Of a stretch of 64,000 bases of DNA, positions 48,225 to 58,004 are shown in pieces. The translations under genes and the position numbers were made by a program. The stretch is from an uncultured Actinomycetes bacterium (GTDB lineage: Bacteria; Actinomycetota; Thermoleophilia; UBA2241). The notes under the pieces were generated by a model. It saw only the letters and a program-made list of their open reading frames with translations, had not been told where the DNA came from and did no database searches. Where the stretch lies: the NCBI GenBank assembly GCA_963767005.1, contig CAVYCN010000011.1:32001-96000 (forward strand), given 5' to 3'. Numbering within the stretch: the first letter of the stretch is position 1; every line of letters begins with the position of its first letter.

Positions 48225-49618
48225 GTCCTTTCCCTCGCTCTCACGTGACGCCGGAAACATTCGACCGAGTTGACCGGGATGTCCAGCGTCTCGGCGACGT
48301 GGAACTTGGCCTCGATCGCGCCGGGCTCGTCGGGGTACGTCAGGTCCTGTACCTGCAGGCGGCCGAGGCCGAGGTCGCGGCGCAGGTCGTGCATGGCGAC
48401 CGGGTCGCTCAAGTCGTCCAGCGAGCAACCGAGCTTGTCGGCGACGTAGCGCTTGGCCTGCGGGAGGCGCAGGCCCCGGGTGATCTGCATGCGGGCCACC
48501 AGATCTCCGGCGGTCCGCATCCCGCCCATCCCCGAGGCGAGCGCGTGGGTGGAGGCCATCCCCAAGGGATCCCCCACGCCGACCTACAAGCCGTCGAGCT
48601 TGAGGATGTCCACGAGCGCGCGCGAGGCGCGTGAGGTGGCGTCGACCGGCGGGTAGGGCGTCATCGGCACACCGCCGACGCCCATGCCGGCGTTCATGTG
48701 GACTGGGATGGTCGACTCGGCGGTCACCGGCTTGACGAGGGCACAGGCGCGCGCCGTGTTCCAGGCGAGCGACTTCGTCGTATTGACGTTGACCGCGGGA
48801 CCGAAGATGGTGGCGCCCGCCGCGGTCACCACCCGGAGCTGGTCGAGCGGCCACATGCCGGCCAGACGGCGGCCCTCGTAGGCGAGCTCGCCGTGCATGC
48901 CGAGCACGAGCTCGGCCGCCTGCCCGACCTCGACGCCGATGTCGGGCCAGCGACTTCGCACCTCACGCACGACGTGCAGCGTGGCCAGCAGGTCGGCGTC
49001 GCCGGCGGCGCCGGCGGTGTCGAAGTCGAGGCCGTCGGCGCCGGCCGCGATCATGGTCTCGGCGACGACCAGCATGTCGCGCTCGAGCAGCGGCATGGCC
49101 TCTTCCTGGGCCGCGCGCGCCTCGTCGATCCTGCCGAGCGGCAGGAGCTGCGACCAGTTGCCGACCGGACCGTCGGGCTGCGAGTAGCGGCCCAGGTCAG
49201 GCATCGCACCGTAGTTGAGCGGCACGACGGTCTGAAGCTGGGCCTCCTTCATCATCTGGGCCTGGAACGACAGGACGGTGCGCACCGCCTTGTAGGAGTA
49301 GTCGTGGTGCCAGAGCTCGACCGAATCGGCGCCGTGGTGGTTCTGGTAGACGACCTGCTCCATCACGGGAAAGCCGATGTCGCCGTTGCCGGCGCCGTCA
49401 AAGCTGAGCACGACCTCGTCGCCGCAGTCGACCGAGCTGAACTTCGCCGGCGAGGTGAAGATGTCGAGCAGGTGGGCGATCTCGTCGGCGGCGAGCGGCG
49501 GCACCTTCGCGCGGCGCACCGCGGCCTCGACACCCGCGTTCAAGTCGGCTTCGATCTCGGCCGCGGTCAGCGCCACGCGAGAGCCGTCCCCGAGCCGCGT
49601 AGCAAAGCGCTGTGCCAT
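48221..49618 (-). CDS. mtbB: pyrrolysine-containing dimethylamine:corrinoid methyltransferase (in-frame TAG at 48584-48586)
   Basis: TRLGDG, DYSYK, YGAMPDLG, FDTAGAAGDAD, HMNAGMGVGGVPM...VDATSRAS...KLDGL-TAG-VGVGDPLGM...GMRTAGDLVARMQ...AKRYVADKL; 465 aa with amber at codon 345; GGAGG SD. Confidence 0.95.
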
Positions 49619-49636
49619 GACCGCCTCCGGGAGTTG

Positions 49637-49654
49637 CTTAGTCAGATAACTAAG
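49637..49654. promoter_or_regulatory. palindromic operator CTTAGT-N6-ACTAAG (copy 2)
   Basis: Identical to 45901-45918; lies between the promoter and SD of mtbB. Confidence 0.88.
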
Positions 49655-49662
49655 ACCTGGGG

Positions 49663-49692
49663 AACTTAGCCGGACGGCGGGCGGGTTGTCAA
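49663..49692 (-). promoter_or_regulatory. mtbB promoter
   Basis: TTGACA, 18 nt, TAAGTT. Confidence 0.72.
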
Positions 49693-49746
49693 GGGTGACG
49701 GCGCCGGGGTCGGTGACTGTCGCCGGCCAGACCCCGTCGCCCTTGT

Positions 49747-50406
49747 CTACGCCAGCACGACGATGCCCTTGGTCGTGTAGATCGTGCCGATCGCGCCGAA
49801 CAGGATCAGCAGGATGGGGCGTTGATGGACGGTCAGCCAGGCCTTGGCCCGGAGCATGGCGAGCGCCACGCGGCGGCGCGCCGCGATCGAGGCCAGCACG
49901 ATCGCCACGGGGATCGAGCAGGCCACGGCGACGAAGACGGCGAGGGCGACGAAGGCATCGGCGCGCGACAGGTCGCCGCCCAGGATGTCCATCATGGCCG
50001 GCGCCTGCATCTCGTAATTGACGAGGAGCAGACCGACGCCCGCGGCGCCGCCGGGCCCCATGGCGGTGATGATGCGCATCCAGCGCGGCTCGTGCTCGCC
50101 GGCGTCGGGCGCGGGCTTGCGCAGCCAGAGCACGAGAAAGGCGGCAAGAAAGCCGAGGCCGACGAGCAGCCAGGCCACGCGGATCAGGTAGGCGACGTCG
50201 CCGCCAGAGGTGAAGGCGGCATCGTGGAACAGCAGGAGCACGACCGTCCCGAGCACGGCCATGATGAGAGCCAGGACGACGACGTAGGTGAGACCGTTCA
50301 GGACCGGCCGCCGCGTGGCCGTCATGAGCAGCGCGGCGATGATCGGCACCGGGTTGACGGTGATGGCGACCGCCACGGGCAGGATCTGCAGCAGCACCGC
50401 GTTCAT
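49747..50406 (-). CDS. GAP/Sap-family (LysE superfamily) membrane protein
   Basis: LPVAVAITVNPVPII...EPRWM...KAWLTVH; about 6 TM helices. Confidence 0.75.
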   Translation of the reverse strand: MNAVLLQILPVAVAITVNPVPIIAALLMTATRRPVLNGLTYVVVLALIMAVLGTVVLLLFHDAAFTSGGDVAYLIRVAWLLVGLGFLAAFLVLWLRKPAPDAGEHEPRWMRIITAMGPGGAAGVGLLLVNYEMQAPAMMDILGGDLSRADAFVALAVFVAVACSIPVAIVLASIAARRRVALAMLRAKAWLTVHQRPILLILFGAIGTIYTTKGIVVLA

Positions 50407-50546
50407 GGCCCTCCAGGTCCTGGGCAGCGGGGGCCGCGTCGGGCCGACCGCCAGAGCATCGTCGGCTCCCTCGTCGTCGGGGGACGATGTGCATGATAGC
50501 GCGCCGCGGCCGCCCGAGGGCGCCGCGACCGTCTACCCCGCGCGAC

Positions 50547-51029
50547 TCACGAAGCAAGCAGCTCGGCGAACCAGGGCTCGCCGCGCACCGGGGCGAGGTC
50601 GGGGTCGGTGCGTAACTGGGCGGCAGGCGGCAGGTGCAGCTCGGTCTTGGCCCGCTCGAGCCAGGTGCGGCAACCGTCGGTGTCGCCCTCGAGCGCACAG
50701 GCGCAGGCCAGGTTGTAGGCGGCCGCCTTGCCCCAGAGGATCTCGGCCCGCAGCAGCTCCTGGCGGGCCCGCTTGAGGAGATCGTCGCGCTCGCGGATGT
50801 CGATCGTGCGGCTCGCCATGGCGAGGTGGACGCAACCCAGGCCCACGAGCGCCTCGCCCATGTCCGGCGCGAGCTGCAGGGCCTCTTCGTAGGTCATACA
50901 GGCCGCCCGCAACATCGTGTCGGCCGACCGGCCCCGCATGGTCCGTGCCTCGCCCAGCAGCACGTTGCCCATGTGGTTGAGGCGCCTGCTGCGGCGCGCG
51001 TCGTCTCCCTGCGGTGGTCTCTGGTCCAT
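50547..51029 (-). CDS. TPR-like protein
   Basis: YEEALQLAPD, AAYNLACACALEG and DPDLAPVR.EPWF. Confidence 0.75.
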   Translation of the reverse strand: MDQRPPQGDDARRSRRLNHMGNVLLGEARTMRGRSADTMLRAACMTYEEALQLAPDMGEALVGLGCVHLAMASRTIDIRERDDLLKRARQELLRAEILWGKAAAYNLACACALEGDTDGCRTWLERAKTELHLPPAAQLRTDPDLAPVRGEPWFAELLAS

Positions 51030-51127
51030 CAGTGCCCTCTCCCGTGACACTCGCGGCCAAGATGCTGCCGATCACTCAGCGCGTACTATCGACCAGACGA
51101 CAGCGCCTGGACAGTGCCTAGATGTCT

Positions 51128-51182
51128 AGGCGTCGCGCCCCGAGGTCGACGTGTCGAGGCGTCGCGCCCCGAGGTCGACGTG
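51128..51182. repeat. 29-bp-period tandem duplication
   Basis: aggcgtcgcgccccgaggtcgacgtg at 51128 and 51157. Confidence 0.85.
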
Positions 51183-51289
51183 GCGGCGCAGCATGTGCCG
51201 GTCGAACTGCGGCACTGTGAAGGCGGCGTAGACGTAGGGGTTCATCCTGCCGCGATAAGGTCCGTCTAGGTTGTCAATCTCCCGGCGTC

Positions 51290-52828
51290 TCAATCCTGGT
51301 GCGCAGAGAGGACGCCGTCCGCCACCCGCACCCGGACCGCAAAGGTGGCGCCGCAGCCGGCGGCGCTCGTCACGCTCACGCTGCCGCCCATCGCCTCTGC
51401 CAGCTCCTTGACGATCGCGAGGCCGAGCCCTGTGCCGACATCCGGTCCGCTGTACTTGCGGTGCAGGTAGAAGCGTTCAAAGGCATGCTCGACGTCCTCG
51501 TCGGTGAGCCCCGGGCCGGAGTCGCTCACCTCGACCAGGCCGGGTCCGGCGATCACGCGCACGACGCCGCCCGATGGCGTGACGCGCAGCGCGTTCTCGA
51601 CCAGGTTCGAGGCGATCTGCAGCAGCCGTCCGCGGTCGCCACGCGCGGGAAACGGGCCGGCCCCCGCCACCTCGAGCTTCACGCCCAGGGTCATGGCGAG
51701 GGCCGAGTAGCGCGCCGCGACGTCGGCGGCCGTCACGGCGAGATCGACCGGCTCGTCGACCACGCTGAACTCGGAGCGGTCGATGCGCGCCAGGTCGAGG
51801 AGATCGCCGACGAGGCGCCGCAGCCGAGCCGACTCGTCGGTGAGCACGTCGGCGACCTGCCCGGCGTCGACCGCACCGTCGGCGAGCAGCTCGGCGTAAC
51901 CGTCGATCGCGGTGAGCGGCGTCTTGAGCTCGTGGCCGACCGACATGAGGAACTCGCGCTCGGTGTCCTGCGCGCGGCGCAGCTTGGCGGCCATGCGGTT
52001 GAACGAGTCGGCCAGGACGGAGAGCTCGCGCGGCGCCCTGGTCGGGATCTCCATCGGCTGCCCGCCGTCGGCGAGCACGACGCTCGCCTCCGACACCTGC
52101 CGCACCGGCTTGACGATGCGGCGGTTGAGGACCCAGGCCGCGACCGCCGCGACCGGCGAGAGGATCGCGATGCCGAAGATGAGCGTCCAGAGTGTATCGG
52201 CAGCAGGCCCCAATACCACGGCGAGGGCGCGCCGAAGTAGTAGACGGCGTCGTGCTTGGAGGTGCGCCAGGCGACGTAGTGCTGGAGCCTGCCCGTCGAT
52301 CCGAGCGTTGCCTGATGGCCCAGCCCCGCCCGCGCAGCAACGAGATCGCCTGCGCCGGCAGCTCTGACGCGGCGGCCTGGTCGGGGTCGTTCAGGCTCGA
52401 GGTACCCGCTTCCGCCGGAGTCGGCCTCCACGACGCTGCCGCAGCGCGGCTTCCAAGGCGGCCTCTGCTTGCGGCGTCTGCAGGCCGGCCGGGATTGCCG
52501 GCGCCGGCTGCGGCCCGATGATGCCGCGGTGCCGAGCGCGATCTCGAGCTGGCTCATCGCCTGACTGTTCTGGAAGGACTCTGATCGTCGAAGTTGTGCG
52601 TGATGTCGACGAGCAGCGGCACGAAGATGACGAGCAGCGCGACGAGCACCGTTTTGAACAGGACGCTGCCGCAGCGTGGGACGCTCTTTCCCGGACTCTT
52701 CGCCCCGCAGACCAGCGCGGAACCCACGAACGAAGCGTAGTACGCCGGTGACGATCAGATAGAGCGCGAATGCGATCGCCGCGACAGAACAGGGCGAGCC
52801 AGAGCGAGAGGCCGACCGACACGGACAT
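51290..52828 (-). pseudogene. HAMP-HisKA sensor kinase with a multiply frameshifted 5' sensor region
   Basis: Intact HAMP, GHELKTPL, NLVENA and GTGLGL in 51290-52219; TM and sensor segments upstream switch frame repeatedly. Confidence 0.7.
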
Positions 52829-52834
52829 GGCCCC

Positions 52835-53500
52835 TCACCCCCTCGCGGCGCGATAGCCGGCGCCGCGGATGGTCTCGATCAGCTCCGGCCGGCCCAGCTT
52901 GGCGCGCAGTTGCGCGACGTGCTGGTCGACCGTGCGCGTGCCGCCCGGGAACTCGATGCCCCAGACGCGCTCGAGCAGGGCGTCGCGGCTGAACAGCAGG
53001 CCGGGGTGCTCCATGAGGTAGGCGAGCAGCTCGAACTCGGTGGCCGTCAGGTCGACGGGCCGGCCGGCGACGGCGACCTCGTGGCGCGGGCGCGACAGGG
53101 TGACGTCGGCGACGCAGAGGTCGGCCGCCTGGTGCGGCTCGGTGCTGCGGCGCAGCACCGCTTTCACCCGCGCGGCCAGCTCGCGCGGGCTGAACGGCTT
53201 GGCCACGTAGTCGTCGGCGCCGAGCTCGAGGCCGGCGACGCGGTCGGCCTCCTCATCGCGCGCCGTGAGCATGATCACCGGCAGGCGCGAGCCGGCGCGG
53301 ATGCGGCGGCAGACCTCGAGGCCGTCGATGCCGGGCAGGCCGATGTCGAGCACGACGAGGGCGATCTGGTGGCGCGGCAGCTCGGCGAGCCCCTCTTCGC
53401 CGGTGCGCACCGCGATGACGCGATGCCCGTCGCGCTCGAGCGCGATGCGGACGAGATCGGCGATGTGCCGCTCGTCTTCGATCACAAGTACCGTCGCCAC
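52835..53500 (-). CDS. OmpR-family response regulator
   Basis: VIEDE, LDIGLP, GADDYVAKPF, RTVDQH and TIRGAGY. Confidence 0.95.
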   Translation of the reverse strand: MATVLVIEDERHIADLVRIALERDGHRVIAVRTGEEGLAELPRHQIALVVLDIGLPGIDGLEVCRRIRAGSRLPVIMLTARDEEADRVAGLELGADDYVAKPFSPRELAARVKAVLRRSTEPHQAADLCVADVTLSRPRHEVAVAGRPVDLTATEFELLAYLMEHPGLLFSRDALLERVWGIEFPGGTRTVDQHVAQLRAKLGRPELIETIRGAGYRAARG

Positions 53501-53654
53501 CCCTGCCTCCCTCCGACTCCGCCATGCTACCAACAGCCCGGAGTCTCGGCACCGCCGGTCGGCGGGTCGTCAGAGCCTTGTCAGAGGCAGGTAAATCGCT
53601 GGCGGGTGCGGATCGCGAACGGCGGCGCAAGACGTCCGCAGCAACGCCCTGCAG

Positions 53655-53975
53655 TCAGGCCGGCACGCGCTCCTCGGCGTCGATCGCGACGCAGCCCTCG
53701 CGAAGCAGGCGCTCCGCGCACAGCGGGCACGCCAGCAGCAACTCTTCGCCCCGATATACAAGGCGAGCCCGCTCGCCGAGCAGCAGCTCGCGTCCGCAGG
53801 CGTCGCAGTGTTCCGGCTGCTCGCTCCACAGCGGCATGCCGCGAACGAGCAGTTGCCTGAGACACTGCTCGCGCAGTTCGGGCGCGGACAGCGAGGCCGC
53901 GCGCCGGTCGGCCCCTTGAACGGCCGACCGCGACGCCCGGGCCACGATCCTGCGCCACCGTTCGACGACGTCCAT
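53655..53975 (-). CDS. small putative zinc-binding protein
   Basis: CDACGRELLLGE...ACPLC; GAGGAG SD. Confidence 0.6.
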   Translation of the reverse strand: MDVVERWRRIVARASRSAVQGADRRAASLSAPELREQCLRQLLVRGMPLWSEQPEHCDACGRELLLGERARLVYRGEELLLACPLCAERLLREGCVAIDAEERVPA

Positions 53976-54106
53976 CCCATGCTCCTCAGTTCGACGGCGT
54001 GATCGAACACGAGGCTACCCGAAGCGGCTGAGGAGTCGCTGGGGCGACGGTGAGAAGCGGCCGTGAGGAGTCGCGGGGCGGGCGATCGAGGCAAAGAGAG
54101 CAGTAA

Positions 54107-55195
<1,089 letters not shown>

Positions 55196-55277
55196 CCGGC
55201 GGGTACGACGGGAACTCCTCCTGCACCAGCGCGACCTGAGGCGACCAGGTCGCCGACGACGAAGCGAGGGAGACAGC

Positions 55278-56309
55278 ATGCGTGCAGCGATCATGTTCGG
55301 CGCCGGCGACGTCCGCGTTGAGACCGTCCCCGACGCTCGTCTGGTCGAGCCGACCGACGCCCTCGTGCGCGTCACGAGTGCCTGCATCTGCGGCAGCGAC
55401 CTGTGGCCCTACAAGAGCATGGACCAGAGCGAGTCGGGCCGCCGCATGGGCCACGAGGCCGTGGGCATCGTCGAGGAGGTCGGCGCCGAGGTCCGCACGC
55501 TGCGCGTCGGTGACCTCGTCGTCATGCCGTTCGCCTACTCGGACGGCACCTGCCCCTTCTGCCACGAAGGGCTGCAGACCGCGTGCCTGCACGGCGGCTT
55601 CTTCGGCACCGGCCGGGCCGACGGGGCGCAGGCTGAGGCGCTCCGCGTGCCCCAGGCGGACGGCACGCTCGTGGCGCTGCCGGTCGGCCCCGACGACGCG
55701 CTGCTGCCCTCGCTGCTCACCCTCTCGGACGTGATGGGCACGGGCCACCACGCCGCCGTGACCGCCAGGGTCGGGCCCGGCAGGACCGCCGCCGTCGTCG
55801 GCGACGGCGCCGTCGGCCTGTGCGGCGTGATCGCCGCCAAGCGTCTCGGCGCGGAGCGGATCATCCAGCTCGGCCGTCACCCCGACCGCATCGCCCTCGC
55901 CCGCCGGTTCGGCGCCACCGACGTCGTCGGCGAGCGCGGCGACGAGGCGATCGAGCGGGTGCGCGAGCTCACCGGCGGCGTCGGGGTGCACGCGGTGCTG
56001 GAGTGCGTCGGTCTCGAGGAGTCGCTGCGCACTTCGGTGGGCATCACTCGGCCGGGCGGCGCGATCGGCCGTGTCGGTGTGCCCCAGCACGAGACGATGC
56101 CGGCGCGACTCACCTTCTTCGGCAACATCACGGTGAGCGGCGGCCCGGCCCCGGTGCGCGCCTACATCGGGGAGCTGCTGCCGGACATCCTCGAGGGCAG
56201 GATCGAGCCCGGCCTCGTCTTCGACCGGGTCGCGAGCCTCGACGAGGTCCCCGACGGCTACCGCGCGATGAACGAGCGCGAGGCGATCAAGGTGATGGTC
56301 AAGCCCTGA
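55278..56309 (+). CDS. zinc-dependent alcohol dehydrogenase (MDR)
   Basis: ICGSD, GHE, CPFC...C and GDGAVG. Confidence 0.95.
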   Translation: MRAAIMFGAGDVRVETVPDARLVEPTDALVRVTSACICGSDLWPYKSMDQSESGRRMGHEAVGIVEEVGAEVRTLRVGDLVVMPFAYSDGTCPFCHEGLQTACLHGGFFGTGRADGAQAEALRVPQADGTLVALPVGPDDALLPSLLTLSDVMGTGHHAAVTARVGPGRTAAVVGDGAVGLCGVIAAKRLGAERIIQLGRHPDRIALARRFGATDVVGERGDEAIERVRELTGGVGVHAVLECVGLEESLRTSVGITRPGGAIGRVGVPQHETMPARLTFFGNITVSGGPAPVRAYIGELLPDILEGRIEPGLVFDRVASLDEVPDGYRAMNEREAIKVMVKP

Positions 56310-56319
56310 CGCTGGACAC

Positions 56320-57681
56320 TCACCCGGCGGCTCCACCGTCCAGACGCCGGACGGCGGGAGCGAGGGCCGCGACCGCGGCCGTCGCTCCCGTGAGCGCCGC
56401 GCAGACGATCAGCGCTTCGTTCAGACCGAGCAGTCCGCTCAGGAGAGGGGCGAGCACGAAGCCGACGGGCAGGCCGGCGAGCGAGCCGACGGCGTCGAAC
56501 GACAGGACCCGGGCGAGCACCGCGCCGGGTACGTGCCGCTGCAGGGCCGTGCTCCACACGGCCTCGAAGTAGGCGACCGAGAAACCGGCGCCGGCGGCGG
56601 CCGCACACTGGGCGGCGAACGCCACCCGCCACGTGAGCAGCGCCAGGAAGAGCGAGTAGAGCGGCGTGAGCAGGCAGGCGGCGAGGAGCGCCCGCCGTGG
56701 CCGCAGCCAGAGGGCCCCGGCGCCGCCGACGAGCTCACCGGCGCCCATGCTCGCCAGCACGAAGCCCCACGCCTCGGCGCCGCCCAGGCTGGTGCGCGCG
56801 ACGAGTGGTCCGAGTACATAGGTGGGGGCCACCGCGAAGGTCATGAAGACCAGGTCCAGGGCGATGATCACCATGACCCACGATCGCGCCCTGACGGCCT
56901 GCCAGCCCTCGCGCAGCTCGTCGAGCACGCTCGACGGCCGTCGAGCCTCTCGCTCGCCGCGCCTCGGTCCGGGCACGCGCATCGCGACGAGGAATGCGGC
57001 GCTGATCAGGTACGTGGCCGCGTTGACCTGCAGGGCCCAGGCAGCGCCCGCGCTGGCCACGAGGACACCTCCGAGGACCGGACCGGCGAGAGAACCGGCG
57101 CTCTGCGCGAGCCCGCGCAGCGCGTTTGCCTGCTGCAGCTGGTCCGGCTCGACCGTCGCGGGGATGAGACTTCCGGCCGCCGGCGTGAAGAAGGCCTCGG
57201 CCACGCCCTTGCCGGCCTGGAGTGCAAGCAGGGCGGGGAGCGTGAGATGCCCCGTCATGAGGAGCGCGCCGAGCGACGCCTGCACGGTAAAGCGGGCGAC
57301 GTCGCAGCACAGCATGATGCGCTGCCGCGGCAGCCGGTCGCCCCAGACGCCGCCGACGAGCAGGAACAGAAGAAGGGGGACGACCTGCGCGGCGAGGGCG
57401 AGGCTCAGCGTCGAGATGGGCGCGCCGGACGCGAGGAGGGCGAAGCTGAGGGCCACCGGGCCCGCGCCGCTGCCCAGCAGCGAGACCGATTGGCCGAGAA
57501 ACAGGAGACGGAACTCGCGCGAGGCGAGGGGCGCGACGAAGCGGCGGTGGCTCGGGGACCGAAGCGGCGGGGGCGGGGATCCTCCAGACGATGATCCCCG
57601 CCCCCGCCGCTTGGCGCCGACGTTCAGCTCCGGCGTCGACTCAGCCGCCCCACTTCTTGGCGTAACGCATGTCGTACTCAC
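56320..57681 (-). CDS. MFS transporter (macrolide-efflux-like)
   Basis: FRLLFLGQSVSLLG, GGVWGDRLPR and ELREGW; start uncertain. Confidence 0.88.
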   Translation of the reverse strand: MSTTCVTPRSGAAESTPELNVGAKRRGRGSSSGGSPPPPLRSPSHRRFVAPLASREFRLLFLGQSVSLLGSGAGPVALSFALLASGAPISTLSLALAAQVVPLLLFLLVGGVWGDRLPRQRIMLCCDVARFTVQASLGALLMTGHLTLPALLALQAGKGVAEAFFTPAAGSLIPATVEPDQLQQANALRGLAQSAGSLAGPVLGGVLVASAGAAWALQVNAATYLISAAFLVAMRVPGPRRGEREARRPSSVLDELREGWQAVRARSWVMVIIALDLVFMTFAVAPTYVLGPLVARTSLGGAEAWGFVLASMGAGELVGGAGALWLRPRRALLAACLLTPLYSLFLALLTWRVAFAAQCAAAAGAGFSVAYFEAVWSTALQRHVPGAVLARVLSFDAVGSLAGLPVGFVLAPLLSGLLGLNEALIVCAALTGATAAVAALAPAVRRLDGGAAG

Positions 57682-57798
57682 CCCCTTCGCTCCCTCTGCG
57701 GGAATCCGAGACCCGTGCGACCCGCCTCGTGGACCGAGGCGACCGCGGCGGTGAACCGACCACAGCATGCCCGGCGGGCCCGCCACCGGCTACAAAAG

Positions 57799-57814
57799 TC
57801 TATCCCGAGATAGA
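57799..57814. promoter_or_regulatory. near-perfect palindrome TCTATC-N4-GATAGA upstream of the MFS gene
   Basis: tctatcccgagataga, plus further GATAGA half-sites nearby. Confidence 0.4.
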
Positions 57815-58004
57815 GGCCGGGGGGATCGGGTGAGTGCCGCGCCGGCGGGCGATAGACGGACGGGGCCGCACAAGGCAGGCGATAGACGGGGCCGGATGGG
57901 GCAGGCCGATGGACGGACGGGGGCCGGATGGGGCCCCGGACGGCTCGCAGTCGATGCTGCCACGCTGCGGCGCCGGGTGTCCGCCGGAAGCACGGCGGGA
58001 GCGG

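Noticed and set aside
49619-50698. 5' extension of the 704-aa ORF 48584-50698
   Set aside because: It runs through the GAP gene in another frame and through the promoter; homology, SD and operator place the mtbB start at 49618
55196-55277. Possible remnant of a cupin C-terminus (AT*GDQVADDE) between the AKR and ADH genes
   Set aside because: Too short to support a call
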